A stretch of 64,000 nt of DNA from the human T2T-CHM13v2.0 reference genome, Homo sapiens, in the NCBI RefSeq assembly GCF_009914755.1, contig NC_060930.1. One strand, given 5' to 3'. The notes beneath the pieces were generated by a model. That model was not told the DNA's origin. It saw nothing but the letters and a program-made list of their open reading frames with translations, and searched no databases. Shown here piece after piece: positions 31,474 to 46,180 of the stretch; the first letter of the stretch is position 1; each line of letters starts with the position of its first letter. The position numbers and the translations under genes are program-made.

Positions 31474-33360
31474 TTTGGGGGAGGGGGATACATGAAGTTT
31501 TTTTTGAAGACTCTGACTCCCAAATTCCAAAACCCTCTACTGGGAGATCATCCTTCCTTGAGCACCCTGTGCCCATCCTCCCCATCTCCCCACCAAGTCC
31601 CTGACTACTTAGGTGATAGGAAGTGAATGGTCTCCTGACCTTGAACCTTGACCTCAAGATTTATTTTATTCCATAAACATATAAATGAAATATAGCCTGA
31701 TAGTGCAAAAGAGCGCCGACCCTTTCTTTGCCTAACATCAAAGCATGCTTAAGTGTGAGACGTGATAGGACTGAGTGAAAGACAAAGTCGTTAGACACGT
31801 TGCATGTTATTTTCTGAACAAAAACAGATCCCAAGATGTTTCAGGGAGACATAAACTGCCGAAGAAGAGCCTAATTTCATAATATTAGACAAATGGAGAA
31901 ATTTTTTCTTGATTACAAATAACAGCTTGTGCCCTGAAGGAGGATAGATGTTCAGGTTAGAAGAAAATGGCGTTTTGTTCCAGCCAGTCATTTAGAACCT
32001 TCTCCCAGAGGGTCTTTGCCACTTAATCTATGGGCCACTTAACGTGCAGAAGAGTTCTTGTAGTTCTAAACTTAATGTAACAAAAAATAGAATGGTGATT
32101 ACCTGTAGGGAAGGGGACCAGGTTGCCATGTCCTTTGACATCTTTGGAATATGGTACTATATGATGCATTGACTAAATGGGAGACTTGAGAAGGCAATCA
32201 TGTATGTCAGTATATGAACTTGATATCCCCTCCATCACATTTGTAATATGAATACATTGATCATCTTCAGTCTCCAAGTTCATGCACCTTAAGGAATTAT
32301 GGTGTTGTTTTTTGTTTTATTCTGTAACACCAGTTGCTCAGAATATTTCTTAGCAAAATGGGGTATGAGGAAGAGTGAAGAGTATCCCAGGGGAACTTAG
32401 CCATTGCCTTTAGCTGCCAACACTTCATTTGGAGATGCCAGCTGATTATTTATGAACTGTGGAGATGGACTGTAAGACAAAGTAGACCTTAATAGGTCAG
32501 ATTTGGTCTGGCTTTAAGACAGACCTTTTTGAGAGTGGGAATTGGGGAGTAAAATTTTTTTTTTACTACCATCCCTTTCCTTTGATTGCAAGGAGGGGTT
32601 TGGTGGTGAAAAATGCCCCAGGTATCTGCAGCAAGGGCAGGTTTGAAAGGGTGGATTCACTGATGCCCCTAACCCGATTCTGCTCATAGACTCACTCCTT
32701 GTTCCGGGGACTGCTGGCCTGCCACTTCCTGCTCACAGTCGCAGATGGGGCTTCCTGAGTCTGTGCACTGTCAGTCAGAGCTGAGATGCTAGAGGTGAGC
32801 TCCTCCCTCAACCCCAGGTCACTAAAGGGGCCTCTCAGTTCTCTTCATCCCTACTTGAACTTCCTCATGGTTATATTCCCTTTTGTGATCTATCACTTGC
32901 CATTTTTTATAATTTGGCTTAAGTGGGTAGACTAGAACACTTGTGACCATGTCTGACAGAATTCTCAAGAGGGTCTTCACCATGAGAGGCACCTTCTCGG
33001 TGTGGCTGGCCTGGCTTCCCAGTGTGCATGAGTCATGGACGTTGACCTGGTCAAAGCTCTTCCTCCTGCAGTACTGGAGCAGTGCATTCTCCTTCCTGTC
33101 TCCCTCTCTTCATTCTTTTTTCCATATGTTCATTCATTTTCACTTTGTCAAATTACACCCAATAAAAATGCCAATGCATACAAATTTGAAAATAGAAAAG
33201 ATGAGATTCACCCATCATCTCAACACCCGAACACAACAGCTCTTACACTTTTACATTTTCCCAATCATGACTGTTTTCCATATGTGCGCATCAGACGAGT
33301 TTTCGGCCCTTACATAGAGAAGTTGGTATATGCTTTGCATTGTCATCCCTTGGTCTTGGG

Positions 33361-33588
33361 GAGGGTTTTTTAACCTCTGCACTACTGATATTTTGGGCCT
33401 GGTAACTCTTTGTCCTGTGCATTATACGATGTTTAGCAGAATCCCCGGCCTCTACTCACTAGATAGCAGTAACAACCTTCCTACCGTGCACGCGCACAGA
33501 CACACACATACACGCACACACATGACAACTAAAAATATCTCCAGTGCCCCCTTGGTAGGCAAAATTGCCCCCAGTTTGAGAACCACTG
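33361..33588 (-). mobile_element. MER20 (hAT-Charlie)
   Basis: tcctgtgcattatacgatgtttagcagaatccccggcctctactcactagat…caaaattgcccccagtttgagaaccactg. Confidence 0.85.
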
Positions 33589-34403
33589 GGATTTTCTTTA
33601 ATGGAGAATGTCTTATGCTTCTTATAAAAAAAGTTTCATAAAATTGTACTTCATTTTATGTTATGAGCAGTGGGGAGAAGGGATAGAACACATCACAGGA
33701 GGAGGTGTTCTAGTGGGGGCTCTTGTCCCAAGGAACAGAGAGACCCACTTGTTCAAATGTAGGACAAGCTGGACAAATTAACCAGGCTTTGGAAAGAGCA
33801 GGAACTGAGGCAGTTGAAGGGTCTGAGCTTCACTCTTTCCATGGTGTCACCACTTCCCTATTCCATTTCATTTTCTCACACTTATTCTGTCTCTCCCCAC
33901 CTTCCCACCATGTCGTTTCTGCTCTTTTTTGTCTTATACAGAGTTCAGAATACCCCACCTGGGCCCCGAGTCCACATGACCTTCACTGTCCAGCAATCAG
34001 CACCAACTTCAAGTCCCTTGTGTTATTCTGATGGTCTCAACAAAGGGACCGGATTAGCCCAACTCAACTTTTCCTGCTAGATCAGAGGCAGTTGGTGGAT
34101 GGGCTCCACTTGAGTCAGATGCTGCCCAGGGTCTAGTTAGCCACGTGGGTCAGGTGGACAGGCCTCCGGCCTTCTCCTATATGTCAGTAGGTTTACTGTT
34201 CTTACACATCCTTCTTTATTTTCTCTTTCACCTGAACTACGTAGCTGCTGATTTAGGCACCACCACTTCTAGCCTTCCTTAAACTTCATGCAAAGAGATG
34301 TGCCATAAATACATTTGCCAATTGATTCTTGAGTTCTTGTGCTGTGGAAAACATTGGGCTAATTGCTGTGGGGTCATAAGGGTATGGAGGCAAGATTCTG
34401 GGG

Positions 34404-34680
34404 TGTTTGTTTGTTTTTGTGTTTTGAGACAGGGCTTTGTTCTGTTGCCCAGGCTGGAGTGCAACTCCTAGGCTCAAGTGATCTTCCTACCTTAGTCTCC
34501 CAAGTAGCTAGGACTACAGGCATAGGCCACCACACTTGGCTAACTTTTTTTTTTTTTTTAATAGAGATGGAGGTCTTGCTTCGTTGCCCAGGCCGATCTT
34601 GAACTCCTGGCCTCAAGGGATCCTCCCTCCTTGGCCTCCTAAAATGTTGGGATTACAGGTGTGAACCACTACACCTGGCC
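34404..34680 (-). mobile_element. AluJ with ~30-bp internal deletion in the right arm
   Basis: ctggagtgca joined directly to actcctaggctcaag; imperfect TSD aagat. Confidence 0.88.
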
Positions 34681-35709
34681 AAGATCCCGGTTTTTATGGA
34701 GCTAAATAACATGCGAAAAGTGAAATAGCAATAAAAAATATGATGTAACAAGGCTGGTTAAGCCTAATGAATGGCCTTCCCAGTTTCTTGCATGTAATTA
34801 ACACTCAGGAAACTTTGATTGACTTGAAATGGAAGGTACCCATCATCCAGGGCTGCAGATTCAGAGGAAAGAGGCCTTCAGTCTGGGAAAGTTTACCAAG
34901 GAAACCGAATAGCAAGCTGTGTATGTCTGTCTCCCTTCTAATCCCTTATGAATGGGATGTACACAGTCCCAACTCTAGTTAATGTGTGTGAACTACCTGT
35001 CATAGAAACTCAGCTTCCAAAAACTGTTGCCAGGATAGACCCACTCATGGTGGGTACTTTAAGACAAAGGGAATTTATCTCAGGATACACCTGAATCAAA
35101 ACTGGAAAGCTCTTCAGAACTGAGGGAAGGTCTAAGGGCCAGAGACCCTCAGCCTCTGGGTGCCTCTGGCTCTGTTTCTGTCCTTCCTTCTGCTGGCCAG
35201 TCTGTATCCTCTACTTCCCCACCATACACACATTAACATCTCTTCTCTTTCTACATTACCTGCAGTCTTTTCTAGCCAGTCTGCTTCATTATCCAGTGCA
35301 AATTCTGGAGGGAAATAGCCTGACTGACTGAGCTAAACACCATCATGCCTTTCAGGCAGATCCCCTTGCATCAGGCTGCCTCCTGGGGTGCTGGGCCACC
35401 TGCACATGGACCACCGTTGGGTTAAGAATCCATTGTCAATCTCACTAGGGGCCACTTATAAAACAGCCCAGCCCTACTCGCCAGAGCAGGAAGCCCTCGG
35501 CAGAGCAATTTCAACCTGGAGGGCTCATCAGATTTTTTACACCGCCTTCCTCTTTCTCCGACCTGCCACCGGTCAGCTCCATGTGTAGAACTCTGTGTAA
35601 CTGCAGCTTATTGTTGGCTCATTCTTAGCTTTTATTCTCTATTTGCATTTAAACTTTTCTAGGCTATTCCACATGATGGAAACTCCTTAGAGGCCTGTGG
35701 CATAGTAAG

Positions 35710-36126
35710 TGCTATGGTTTGAATGTTTGTGTTCCTCCAAAATTCATGTCAAACAGGAATCTCTATTGTGTTGGTATTAAGAAACGAGGCCTTTGGGAAA
35801 TGATTAAGTCATGAGGGCTCTGCCCTCATGAATGGGATTCGTGCCCTTATAGAAGAGGCTTCAGAGAGCTGCCTGCTCCTTCCATCTCTTCCACCTTGGG
35901 GAGGACACAGTGTTCGTCCCTTTTGTCCTTTGTCCCTCCGCCATGTGAGGATGAGTAAGAGGAGCCAACTATGAAGTGGAGAGAGACAGCCTTCACCAGA
36001 CACCAAATCTGCTGGCACCTTGATCTTCGACTTCCCAGCCTCCAGAACCGTGAGAAATGCGTTTCTATTGTGTATTAATTACTCAATCTAAGCTACTTTG
36101 TATAGTGGCAGGAACAGATTAAGACA
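35710..36126 (+). mobile_element. MaLR solo LTR (MST/MLT1A-like)
   Basis: tgctatggtttgaatgtttgtgttcctccaaaattcatg…gccctcatgaatgggatt…ccagcctccagaaccgtgagaaat…ttaagaca. Confidence 0.88.
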
Positions 36127-36721
36127 ATAGCTCATTTTCGTCTTCCTGCAATGTTTATATCAGTGGAGGGAGACTTACTACATAATGCTTGCTGGATGGT
36201 TAACTAGTGCTTCTTCCTTCCTTAGAGGAACTGTTATTCAATGACTGGAAATAGTTTATGAGAAGTAGAGTCCACGTAGTTTAGTGGAAGAGCTCAGAAT
36301 TTAGAATTGGAAGGCATGGGTGAGTCCTGACTTTCACACCTTAGATGTGTGATGTTGGGACTTTTGGAGCCTTAGTTTCCTCATCTACCACCAGGAGTAA
36401 TGTCATCCATAAATGGTAGCTAGGAAAACTAGATGACACTATCTATGTGAAATGCTTTGAAAATTTAAGACAGTTTCCAAAAAACGAGTTAGCTATTAGA
36501 GTAAAAAGCCAGTGTCATAGTCAATCTAACTTGTACTTTAAAATAAAGAATAACCTCAGTACAACTGGGAGCCTTGGACTTGGCAGCCAAATGCATATAA
36601 CTGGGAAGTTGGGATAATGAAGGGAAACAGAATGAGACTTTGTATAAAACTGTCATTTGGAAATGATGCATGTTATTCCTGCAATTTAAGGAGGAAATTT
36701 TTAATTAAAAAAATACTTGTA

Positions 36722-37027
36722 GGCCGGGCACGGTGGCTCATGTGTGTAATCCCAGCACTTTTGGAGGCTAGGGCAGGCGGATCACGAGGTCAGGAGTTTG
36801 AGACCAGCCTGACCAATGTGGTGAAACCCCGTCTCTACTAAAAATACAAAAATTAGCCAGACGTGGTGGCACGCGCCTGTAATCCCAGCTACTCAGGAGG
36901 CTGAGGCAGGAGAATTAATTGAAGCCAGGAGGCGGAGGTCGCAGTGAGCTTAGATCATGCCACTACACTCCAGCCTGGGTGACAGAGCGAGACTGTGTCT
37001 CAAAAAAAATAAATAAATAAAATAAAG
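36722..37027 (+). mobile_element. AluS (AluSg-like)
   Basis: ggatcacgaggtcaggagtttgagaccagcct; (AAAT)n tail; acttgta-like TSD. Confidence 0.92.
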
Positions 37028-40000
37028 ACTTTGTAAAGTGGCATCGATGCTGGTCAGCAGAGTTATATAGCCAGTCTGGGTGTTCTCTGGGTCCTGTGTT
37101 GGGAAAATGCTGTGGACAGTGGCAGATGAGATGACATTTCTGGTTTGCAAATCACATCCTGGTCTTATTCCTCTGGACAGAGCCAAATAAGTGCAGTTAT
37201 CTGAACTTAAAGATAGCCTAGCGCTGAAAAGCCAATGACAGCTAATCTTGAGAGAGCCATGGGTACAGGGAGCTTGTCAGAAGTTGTGTCTCCTTGAAAT
37301 TGGCAGCATGCAGTACCAAGGGGATGGCCAGACACTGCCAGGCCTCTTTAAAACTCTCCTGGCTGCTTCCTTTTCTTTTCCATTTTTATTGTAATGCTGG
37401 TGATGTGGGTATAAGAACTTTTGTTGTGGTGGTTCAGACAGCCGAAAAAGCAATTCTCACAAACTGTTTTTAGCCTGGATATCTGTTTTCCCCTTCTTCC
37501 TTTCTCTTTCCTCCTTCCCCAAGCTTTCTTTTAACAGCTTACGATGGGTGCATCTCATTCCCATCACATAGCAGCCCTGCTTGACACCAGCATTAGATGA
37601 ATTAAATCACAGTTTGTTCAGTCCCCAAACACCTTGTTCCTCCTTGTTGCCCTGCACATCACCATTTGCCTAAAGATTCTTCGGGATTCCCTTCAGTGCT
37701 GTCCTGGCAGGGACCCAGGAGTAGTGTCTCTGCAGAGAGAAGGGCAGAGGCAGAGAGACTGCTTGCTCAACAGCAGCTAGGCAGGGAGAGAAGCCGGGCG
37801 CTGAAGGAGCTGTATCTTCAATGTTCTGCTGTTGCAATGCACACCTTCATGAAATCCTTTTTAACTTTCACTTAGCGGTTTTCAGCGAGTCTTTGGCTAT
37901 TGTCTTCCCTTGGCATCCTGGGCACCTTTTTGTAGTGTGGCGATGGAATGCTCTCTTTCCAAGATGAGGGATGAGAGTAACTCACATCCTTTGATGTTCC
38001 CTGCCCCACCCCCTCATGATTAGATTCAAGCAAGTTAAACACACACCAAGAGCAACCTGTGACATGATATAAGTCACAGAATTGCTGGCAGAAATGGGGT
38101 AGGGTGGGGCGGCCCCGCCCCCGCCCCCTCATTTTGGGCAGTTATGAGTGACACTCTGAATTGTTCGAGGTTTTTAAACTTGTGCCCTCCGTTCACAAGA
38201 TCACTTCTTTCTGGCTACCACCCAAATTCGATGTCCAGAGCCAGCATGGGAGTCTGCCCCTCATCCCCGCCTAACTCACTGTCCATCCACCTGTGTCTCC
38301 TGAGTTCTTCCCATCCCACACATGGCTCAGCCTTGAATGTACCATAGCTCCCACAGTTAATGATATTGTCTTGAAAACGAAGAGATTTATGAATTTGGAT
38401 ACATCCTGGCCCCTTCAGAGGGACCATTATCTTGACTGTAGATCTTGGAGTTAGGTCTCTAAAGACAGGCCTGTGATTTGTGAGAAAGTCTCAAGGATAT
38501 GCAGGTAACACCTACTGGAGTCACGCTTCACCAGTTCACATTTCTGAGCAGCACAGACAGGTCTGGCAGTCTTGGGCCTCACGTTGCTGGTCTTCTCCAG
38601 AGCAAGAAACAAGCTGGGCTCCAGGATCACACAAGCAGGGCCGCGACTGACACAGGGGTGCAGGCTGAGGCAGCTCCCATGTCTCTTGTGCTAATTCTTT
38701 TCTTTAATTTGCTCATAACTGAGGCTTGAGTAGCAGCCAGGAGGGTGAACCAAAGAAGGCAAGGGGCCAGCATAGACAGGGATGAGGTCAGCCCCGGGGG
38801 GAGGGACTGATGATGTGCACAGATGTCTGCCAGGGGTCCTAATGGCACCCAAGATCCTGGGTGTCTGTCTTAGGAGGGATGTTTGGTAGAGAGACAAGTG
38901 GCCAGTGGACACTGTGGATATGTGTGGTGGGGCAGATGAGTGGTCACAGAGAAATAAGGCTTAGGGGGACAGCGATCCAGTCATTGGCAGAGTGGAGTCC
39001 TAGGTAAGGCCCAGTTACAGAGGAATGTGGAGGCCACAGCCTGGGATGCGGGACTCTGCTGTTACAGCAGAATCATCAGCAAGGCTGCCCGCCTGCCCTG
39101 ATGGTGAGCCGCTGGCCAGGCTCCAGATGGTCTCTCCGGAGAGGTGGGACTGGGCTTGGAATCACAAGGCTGAATCTCAGATGCGCAGGTGGTGGGGATG
39201 GTTAAGTTAGAACATCCAGGCATCCAGCAGGTCTTTACAGAGGCTTCAGCTGGTTTTTTGCTTTGTTTCTGTTTTGTTTAATAGTGTACAGCTTCATAGT
39301 GATCTACATATTCATGTATGGTTTAGAGCCAGGGAAGGTGTTATCATGATTGGAATTTAATTGGGTGTCTAGTAAGGAAAAAGCAAGGTAGAATGTTCCA
39401 TGACATTTACAGGAAGAAGATAATGCCTGAAGGAGGCCTGGTACGAATGAGGGAATCCCTGTTTTCTAGTGGGAACTACCTCAAGGAAAAGGCACTCATC
39501 AGACACGTAGGAAATGAGTTCTCAGACTCAGACATCCCCAGCCTGCAGGTCCAGATGAGGGTACGTAATAATGTTCATACTCAGATATCCCAAGTGCATC
39601 GCCACCTACCTGCTGTCATGGATCCCAGTATCCCGCAGAGCCCCCCAGAAGTATTTCTGTAGGTCCCAGGGGGTGTCCACAGCAAGCTAACTTCCACTGG
39701 ACATGACAGTGACTCCCATTGGGCCCCCAGGGGACACCACCGTTGAGGCTTTGGGGCCATCATGGTGTCCAGTGGTATTTCAGAGCTGTACGTTTCCCCA
39801 CTGTCAACTTGTCACCTGGGACTTAAGCAACTCAGCTTTGAGCCCCGCCTTTCTACCAGCCTTGCAAAGCCCCTCTCCCACATCCTCCTTAGGCTTTCCC
39901 TCCAGGTAAACCCATGCAAATAAAGGTTTGGATATTTCACCTCAGACCTGGTTAGATCTCAGTTTTGACTAATTTCTTTTCCATGGGAGCACAGTTCAGA

Positions 40001-40058
40001 GATGAGGACAAAATCAACAAAATTCCAGTTACCTAATAATCTTTTGTGAACATAACTA

Positions 40059-40505
40059 TAGTCATGCATCACTTAACGACGGGGATACATTCTGAGAAAT
40101 TCGTCATTAGATTTTGTTATGTAAGTATTATGGAGTGTACTTACACAAACCTAGAAGGTGCAGCCTACTGCACACATAGGCTGTATGGGGTACAGTGTAG
40201 CCTATTGCTTCTAGGCCACAAACCTGCACAGCATGTTACTGTATTGAATACTGTAGGGAGTTGTAACACAATGTTAAGTACAGTATCTGAACATATCTAA
40301 ACATACTTCATAAAAGTGGCAGCGTAGTAGGTTTGTTCACACCGCATCACCACAAATGCATGAGTAATGTGTTGCTCTGTGACTTTACACTGATGATAAT
40401 GTCACTGGGTGATAGGTAGCTTTCAGCTCCACTATAATCTTATGGGACCATCATTGCATATGCAGTCTTTCTTTGACTGAAATGCCGTTGTGCAGTGCAT
40501 GACTG
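40059..40505. mobile_element. Tigger3/MER7-type MITE
   Basis: TIRs tagtcatgcatcacttaacgac / gttgtgcagtgcatgactg with TA on both flanks. Confidence 0.88.
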
Positions 40506-42459
40506 TATTTTATAAGATGAGCCTAATTTGTGTTATACTTCTCGGGAATGAAGGCATACCCTGCAGTAGGTTTTGGATTCTGTGTTTGACAGATGTGGCT
40601 GCTTTTCTTTGCTTTCACTTTCCCCTAAAGGAAATAACAGTAGTAAGATGAAGAAAGAGGAAACTAGTAGTGAAAATTAAGCAGGTGAAATATTTATATA
40701 AGGCAGGACAGCTGTGGTCTAGACATTTACACAGAATTTTACTAGAGTAATTGCTTATCTCAGAATTCATTCAATATGCTAATTTCTCGTAGCAGATTGC
40801 CTGTCCGGCAATGCACATGGCATACAATTTTTGAAATTCTGCAGTGATGATGGAATAAGCATTTCTAACCCATTTCTCTGTTATAGCAATTGCCACATTG
40901 CCTGGTGTTTATACGTCTTTTCATCACTGCACTGAGTTACTATCAATTACTGGGTCTTTAGCTTTCTACTATATTTGGGATATAGAACAGAGTAAGTACT
41001 CAATACGTATTTTTGATGAATTAATGATAAAGAGAAAGAAATTCCATCAACAACGTATGTTATATTGTTTTTTCTCCAGAGGTAACTAACCTAACTTGAT
41101 ATATAGGCCACAACTTAACCTCAGTTGGCAGTGTTTTCCAGCTAGGTGACCAGAACTCTTTACTATCCATTATGATGATTTCTTGAAAGGGAGAAACTGA
41201 CTAGGGTGGAGAATACTCCTTAGAAACAGAAGTTGGGTCCTAAGTAAATTGATGATTTAAAAATTATTTGGTGCAGGCCAAATATTCAGATAGGGAAAAG
41301 GAAAAAAGGAAACAAAAAGAGAAGGGATTTTAACGAGGTTGGTCATATCCTATACAAAATACAGTTTTAAACTCTTTAGCTTCCAGGAGCAGAAAACTGT
41401 AGGAAGTATGTAAATTATTCACGGTTACCTGGGAAACCCTTTCTGACAGGAACGGGGGAGATCACAGGGTTGGATGGAAATTCAAGCAGTCAAATTGTAA
41501 TGTGTTTGTGTGTAAGTTTGCTTGTTTGTTTGCCACAGATGAGGAACAGGGAAAATTTCTGAAGGAAGGTAACATGAAAGGAAGAAAAAAGCTTGTCTGT
41601 ACAGGGAAGGCAGAGAAACTTCAGGTCTCTTGAAGGTGTAATTTCCAAACCACTCTGTCCCTAGACCATCCTATTTGGAGTGACAGCAATAGTGGACCTC
41701 TGACCCGGGCTGTCAGAACCCCTTTCTAGAAGCAGCTTCTTCCCGCAAAGGCATGGTCAGTAAGGGAGCCTCCACGTTGGCAGAGTGGGACTCCACGCTT
41801 TGGCCCCGTGGACAGATCTGAAGATGGGCACCCAGCAAAGCTGGGCAGGCGAGGCCTCTTCTCTGTAATGTTTGGACAGAAAACCAAAGGGCGCTTGGAT
41901 TACTCCTCCAGCGGCTGAAGCTGTGAGTACCTAGGAACCATCCCCGGCCACGTTTCCCATCAAGGGGAGAATGTGGTGAACAGAGATGAGAGATGGAGGG
42001 AAAGTGCTGGTGTGCCTGAGTCCCTGGTTCCCTGGTGTTCTGGCGCCCAGCCGCATGCTGCCCTTCCCACAGCCTGGTTATCCAGTCCTTCCTCAGATTC
42101 CCTAAGCCGGTGGTAACTCTCCTGTTGTTTAAGCTGGTTTGATGTGCACTGCCATCACCTGAGATCAAATGAGTTCTAAAACACATGCAATTGCAGACTT
42201 CAGGCACTGGCAGAGGACAAGAAGGAAGAGGTAAGAGGTTGAAGTGATCAGCTTCCCTCTGAGAGAACTCTGGAGCACCACAGGGTTGAGGCTGAGGTGA
42301 CCATTTCAGTATGAACTGAAAATGGCTTTTTTCCTTATAGCTAGAACGGCTGAAAATCAGCACCATGTCAGGTTGTAACACATCTGTTCCAGGGATCACA
42401 GGATGTCCCATAAATGGGTTAAACACTTACCATGGGTGAGGCAGTTTGCCATCTGTGAT

Positions 42460-43670
42460 ATTTATGGTCTGAGATATAAAAATAACTTTTAAAAAATGAG
42501 TGCTTGTCCTCAAGAAGCTCACAGTCTGATAGGAGGTATCACATAGGTATATGTGATTCATTGTGAAAAAATGTCTTAAATTAGAAACGTGTCACCATGA
42601 TTTCAAACAGGGGTAGCACCTTACTTTGCCTTATATACTCAAGAAATGTTTGCGGATTGTGGTTCAGCTGAATCTTGAAAAACAAATAGGAATTTGATAT
42701 GGAAGGGGCCTAGAAATTTCAGGTAGAATGTATATGTCTGTCTTTGTACATGTTGCCCACGTATACAGACAGAAATGTAAGAGTGAAGTAGTGTGAGCAG
42801 CATAATAGGGAGGATGGGAGAGTTGGGAAAACGAGGCTGAGGAGATGAGGGGCTAGATCCTAAAGCCTGTATTCCCTTATAAAAATGTGGGCTTTCCTGG
42901 TAGAAAATGTGGAGAGTCATTAAATAATCCTACTATGTGCAGTTTTTAAATGATTACCTATCTTAACTTTGTTGGCCAAGGGTAAGGTTGGTGGTTGGAA
43001 AACAGGTCAAGGAAAAATTTAATAAATAGTCTGAGTGACAGGAGATGAGAGTCTGGGCTGAGTTAGTGCCGGGGGCCTTGTGGGGAGAAGCTGACAATAT
43101 AAAAAAAAAGACAGGAGCTCAAATCTATGGGAAACGGGGCCAGTTCAAAGGAGAGATCGTGGGGATGAAGAAACCACATAACTCTCAGAGTCCTGACCTG
43201 TGCGGCCAAGAGTTTGGTGGTTGGAATGGAGATGAGGATTAAGTAGGGGCAGCAGTGCTTTGGTGGAGAAGATGATTTAGTGACTTTTGGACTTCCTGAG
43301 TTTGAGGCAGGACACAGGGGAATGTTACCCTAAGAGCTCAGCAGAGAGAGGCCAGGATTGGAACGTGTACTACTCTTGACCACTGGAGCTCCAGACATGA
43401 CCCAAATGCCTGGTGAATGTCTAGAACAGGTGAAGAGCAAGGTGAGGAAAGGACCCGAGGGAACACCAAGGTTTAAAGGATGGTGGAGACAGTGAGTGAG
43501 GAACTAAGAAGGGAGACCCAAGAGATGGAAGTCAAAGAGCAGAGGCTGGGAATGAAAGCCATTGGAAGGTACAGTCTCTTGCAGGAGTGAGACTGTAGTG
43601 TCATCAGAAAACAAGCGCAGACCACATGGATTTGACAATGAGTAGTCTTCTAGTAGTCAGTTCAATGGTA
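42460..43670 (-). mobile_element. Degenerate L2 fragments
   Basis: tgtcctcaagaagctcacagtct; tgagtttgagg; aagagctcagcagagag; ggatttgacaa. Confidence 0.5.
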
Positions 43671-45679
43671 GAAAAATACTTTGGATGATCATGTTTCTTT
43701 AAATATCCCACCCGTTGTGTCTTTACTTGTATTTATTCCACAAATGTTCATAACTAGAGAATACTTGATTTAATGGATTTATGCAAAGGGTTGGTGTCTC
43801 ATGGAGCAAGCAAAACGTCCTGACTCTGGAAACCAGACCTGCCTCTTCATACTTATGTGTCTGGTAATAGGCATTTGAAATAATACTGCAGGGAAGTTTC
43901 ACGTTGCTGTCATTTACCCGTTCTGATTTTCCTTCCTCGTATAGCTCACTTGAAGGGTGGGATAAGATGGCTGAAAGCGCTCCTGTCAGCCCTCTCTGAG
44001 AAGGGAGAATTACACAGACGTGATGATTGGCTATCAGAGTTCCCCAGCACTGGGGTGGCCCACTTAAGACAAGCCTCATTAAATTCACTTCATCAAGTAA
44101 AGCCGGTGTGTCTAACTTAAGAAAGAATGTGGCATGCAAATTAAGACCTGAAAATATGAATGGAGTCTGAGCGATGCTTTGATCAGCATTTCTTAATATG
44201 GCACATGGGGGAGAAAACTTCTTAAAGTTGCATTTACTTCCCCTCAGTTTTGTATGGCAGGGGAATCTGTTCACCTGCTACCTAGAATTGCCTCCTCCAA
44301 AGGAGAAACCCACTCCTTGGGAAGCAAAGTGCAATACAATACCAAGTATGCACAATTTGAAATTAGACTTGACCTCCACTCACCTCACAAACTAAAAACA
44401 GCCTCCCCAAAATAAGAGAAAGAAAGCTGGGAAAGGAAGGTGTGAGGAACATATTGCTGGGAAAACAGATAAGAGTTGATTATATTTAGAATTTTTTTCA
44501 ACCCAGATTGAATCAATGAATACCTATGCATTGAACATCTTAGTTTTGGGATTCCTACTGCAGGAGAATCTATTTAAATATGAATCCCAAATAAATTTAT
44601 ATCATGTCTGATATAGGAATAAATCTGGCAATATTAAACAGATCAAATTCTCAAGACAACTAGTCTGAATGGAAGCTATTCTTAGCATAGTTTAAGTAAA
44701 GGAGATCAATATAGATATTCAAGATTGAAAAATCCTAATAGTTAATAGAAAAACAAAATTCAAGGTCCCTCTAACCTTCAAAGCCGAGCTGTTTCAAGTG
44801 CTTCTCAAGAAACAAATGTCTCTTAGAGAATGTAGCCAGGGCCCTCTAAGGCAGGTGTGCTCCTGCATCCTGTCTGTGTGGAGTCCTTCTTCCATGACTG
44901 GAATTGTCTGAGATCTTGGATACCACTCTGCCCCACAGGCAGCTTCACTCAGCCAGTGGCTGGACCAAGTGGAGGTCGGAAATTGAACCCTGTACCATGT
45001 GACCCGCTTTATGCATTTTACATACTGTAATTATACTGCTTGACTATTTTAAATAATATTTTTACTTAAGTTTCATGCTTCTTGCAATAAAAGGAGAATT
45101 TTTTTTCCTTCTCAAGCTATAATGTAAAAATGTCAGGGCAGTTATTATACTCATAGTTGCAAATTTGTTTAATTAAAATTACACTCAACTGTTCTGACAC
45201 ATTTTTAAGCAACTGTGAAAAATAGCTATTATGATCTGTTGGTATGCTTCCTTGAGTGGCTAATAATTTTGTTAGATCATGATTTAGTTCTTTTTCATCG
45301 GTAAATATGAAAATTAAAGTTAGATAAAACGAGCCATAATTTCAAACTTTGTATTTGTTTATCAGTTGGGCTTTTGAATTAAGTTTTAAAAATCACTTTT
45401 TCACCCTATGCCCCAATAAAAATTCAGAAACTGTATCTGTTAAAATGTCCCGTAGGTGTATTCTGTGGAAAAATAGATCCAAAAAATTCATAGCAGATTA
45501 TAGGAGGAGAATCTCTTCACAGGCGAGACGTGCTCTACAGGCGTTTCAACTCTGAATCCGAGGTCTCAGATTCAAGGATATGCTACAAATCTATTTTAAG
45601 TTGTTCTCCATTCAGTTGCTGACACTCTAGAAGGGCCATTCCAAACTTTTTGTGGTGAGATGGGAAGAGTGTTCTTTTT

Positions 45680-46180
45680 TCTTTTTTTTTAAATGAGATG
45701 AAATTCACATGACATAAAGTTAGCCATTTTGAAGCGGGCAATTCAGTGATACTTAATGTAACGACCACCGCTATCTAGTTACAAAATATTTCCATTACCC
45801 AGAGGAAGCCGCATACCCATTTAGCCCACCCACTCTTCCTTCCTTCCCTTCTTCCTTTCCCTTCCTCCTTCCCCCTTCCCCCTTCCCGCTTCTTCCTTCC
45901 TTCCTTTCCTCCCTCCCTCCCTCCCTTCTTCCTTCCTTCCTTCCTTCCTCCCCTTTCTTACCATCCTAATGAGTGTGAAGTGGTGTCTCATCGTGGTTTC
46001 AATTTGCATTTCCCTGATGACTAAATGATGTTGAACATCTTTTAATGTGCTTTTTGGCCATTTATGTACTGCTTTGGAGAAACATCTGTTTAAGTCCTTT
46101 GCCCACTTTTCAATTGAGTTCTCTCTTTTTTGTTCAGCTGTAAGAGTTCTTAATATATTCTCAACACTAGACCCTTATCA
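45680..46180 (-). mobile_element. L1MB 3' region interrupted by (CCTT)n
   Basis: gagatgaaattcacatgacataaa…caattcagtg; ccatcctaatgagtgtgaagtggtgtctcatcgtggtttcaatttgcatttccctgatgac. Confidence 0.85.
45832..45960. repeat. (CCTT)n-like polypyrimidine tract
   Basis: Read directly; a second similar tract lies at ~46225-46310. Confidence 0.9.

Noticed and set aside
41713-42426. Longest ORF in the track (237 aa, - strand)
   Set aside because: No recognisable domain, composition typical of a chance frame, and overlap with what looks like a degenerate MaLR LTR.
43723-44274. 183-aa minus-strand ORF
   Set aside because: No recognisable motif or exon structure; within chance expectation for 64 kb in six frames.
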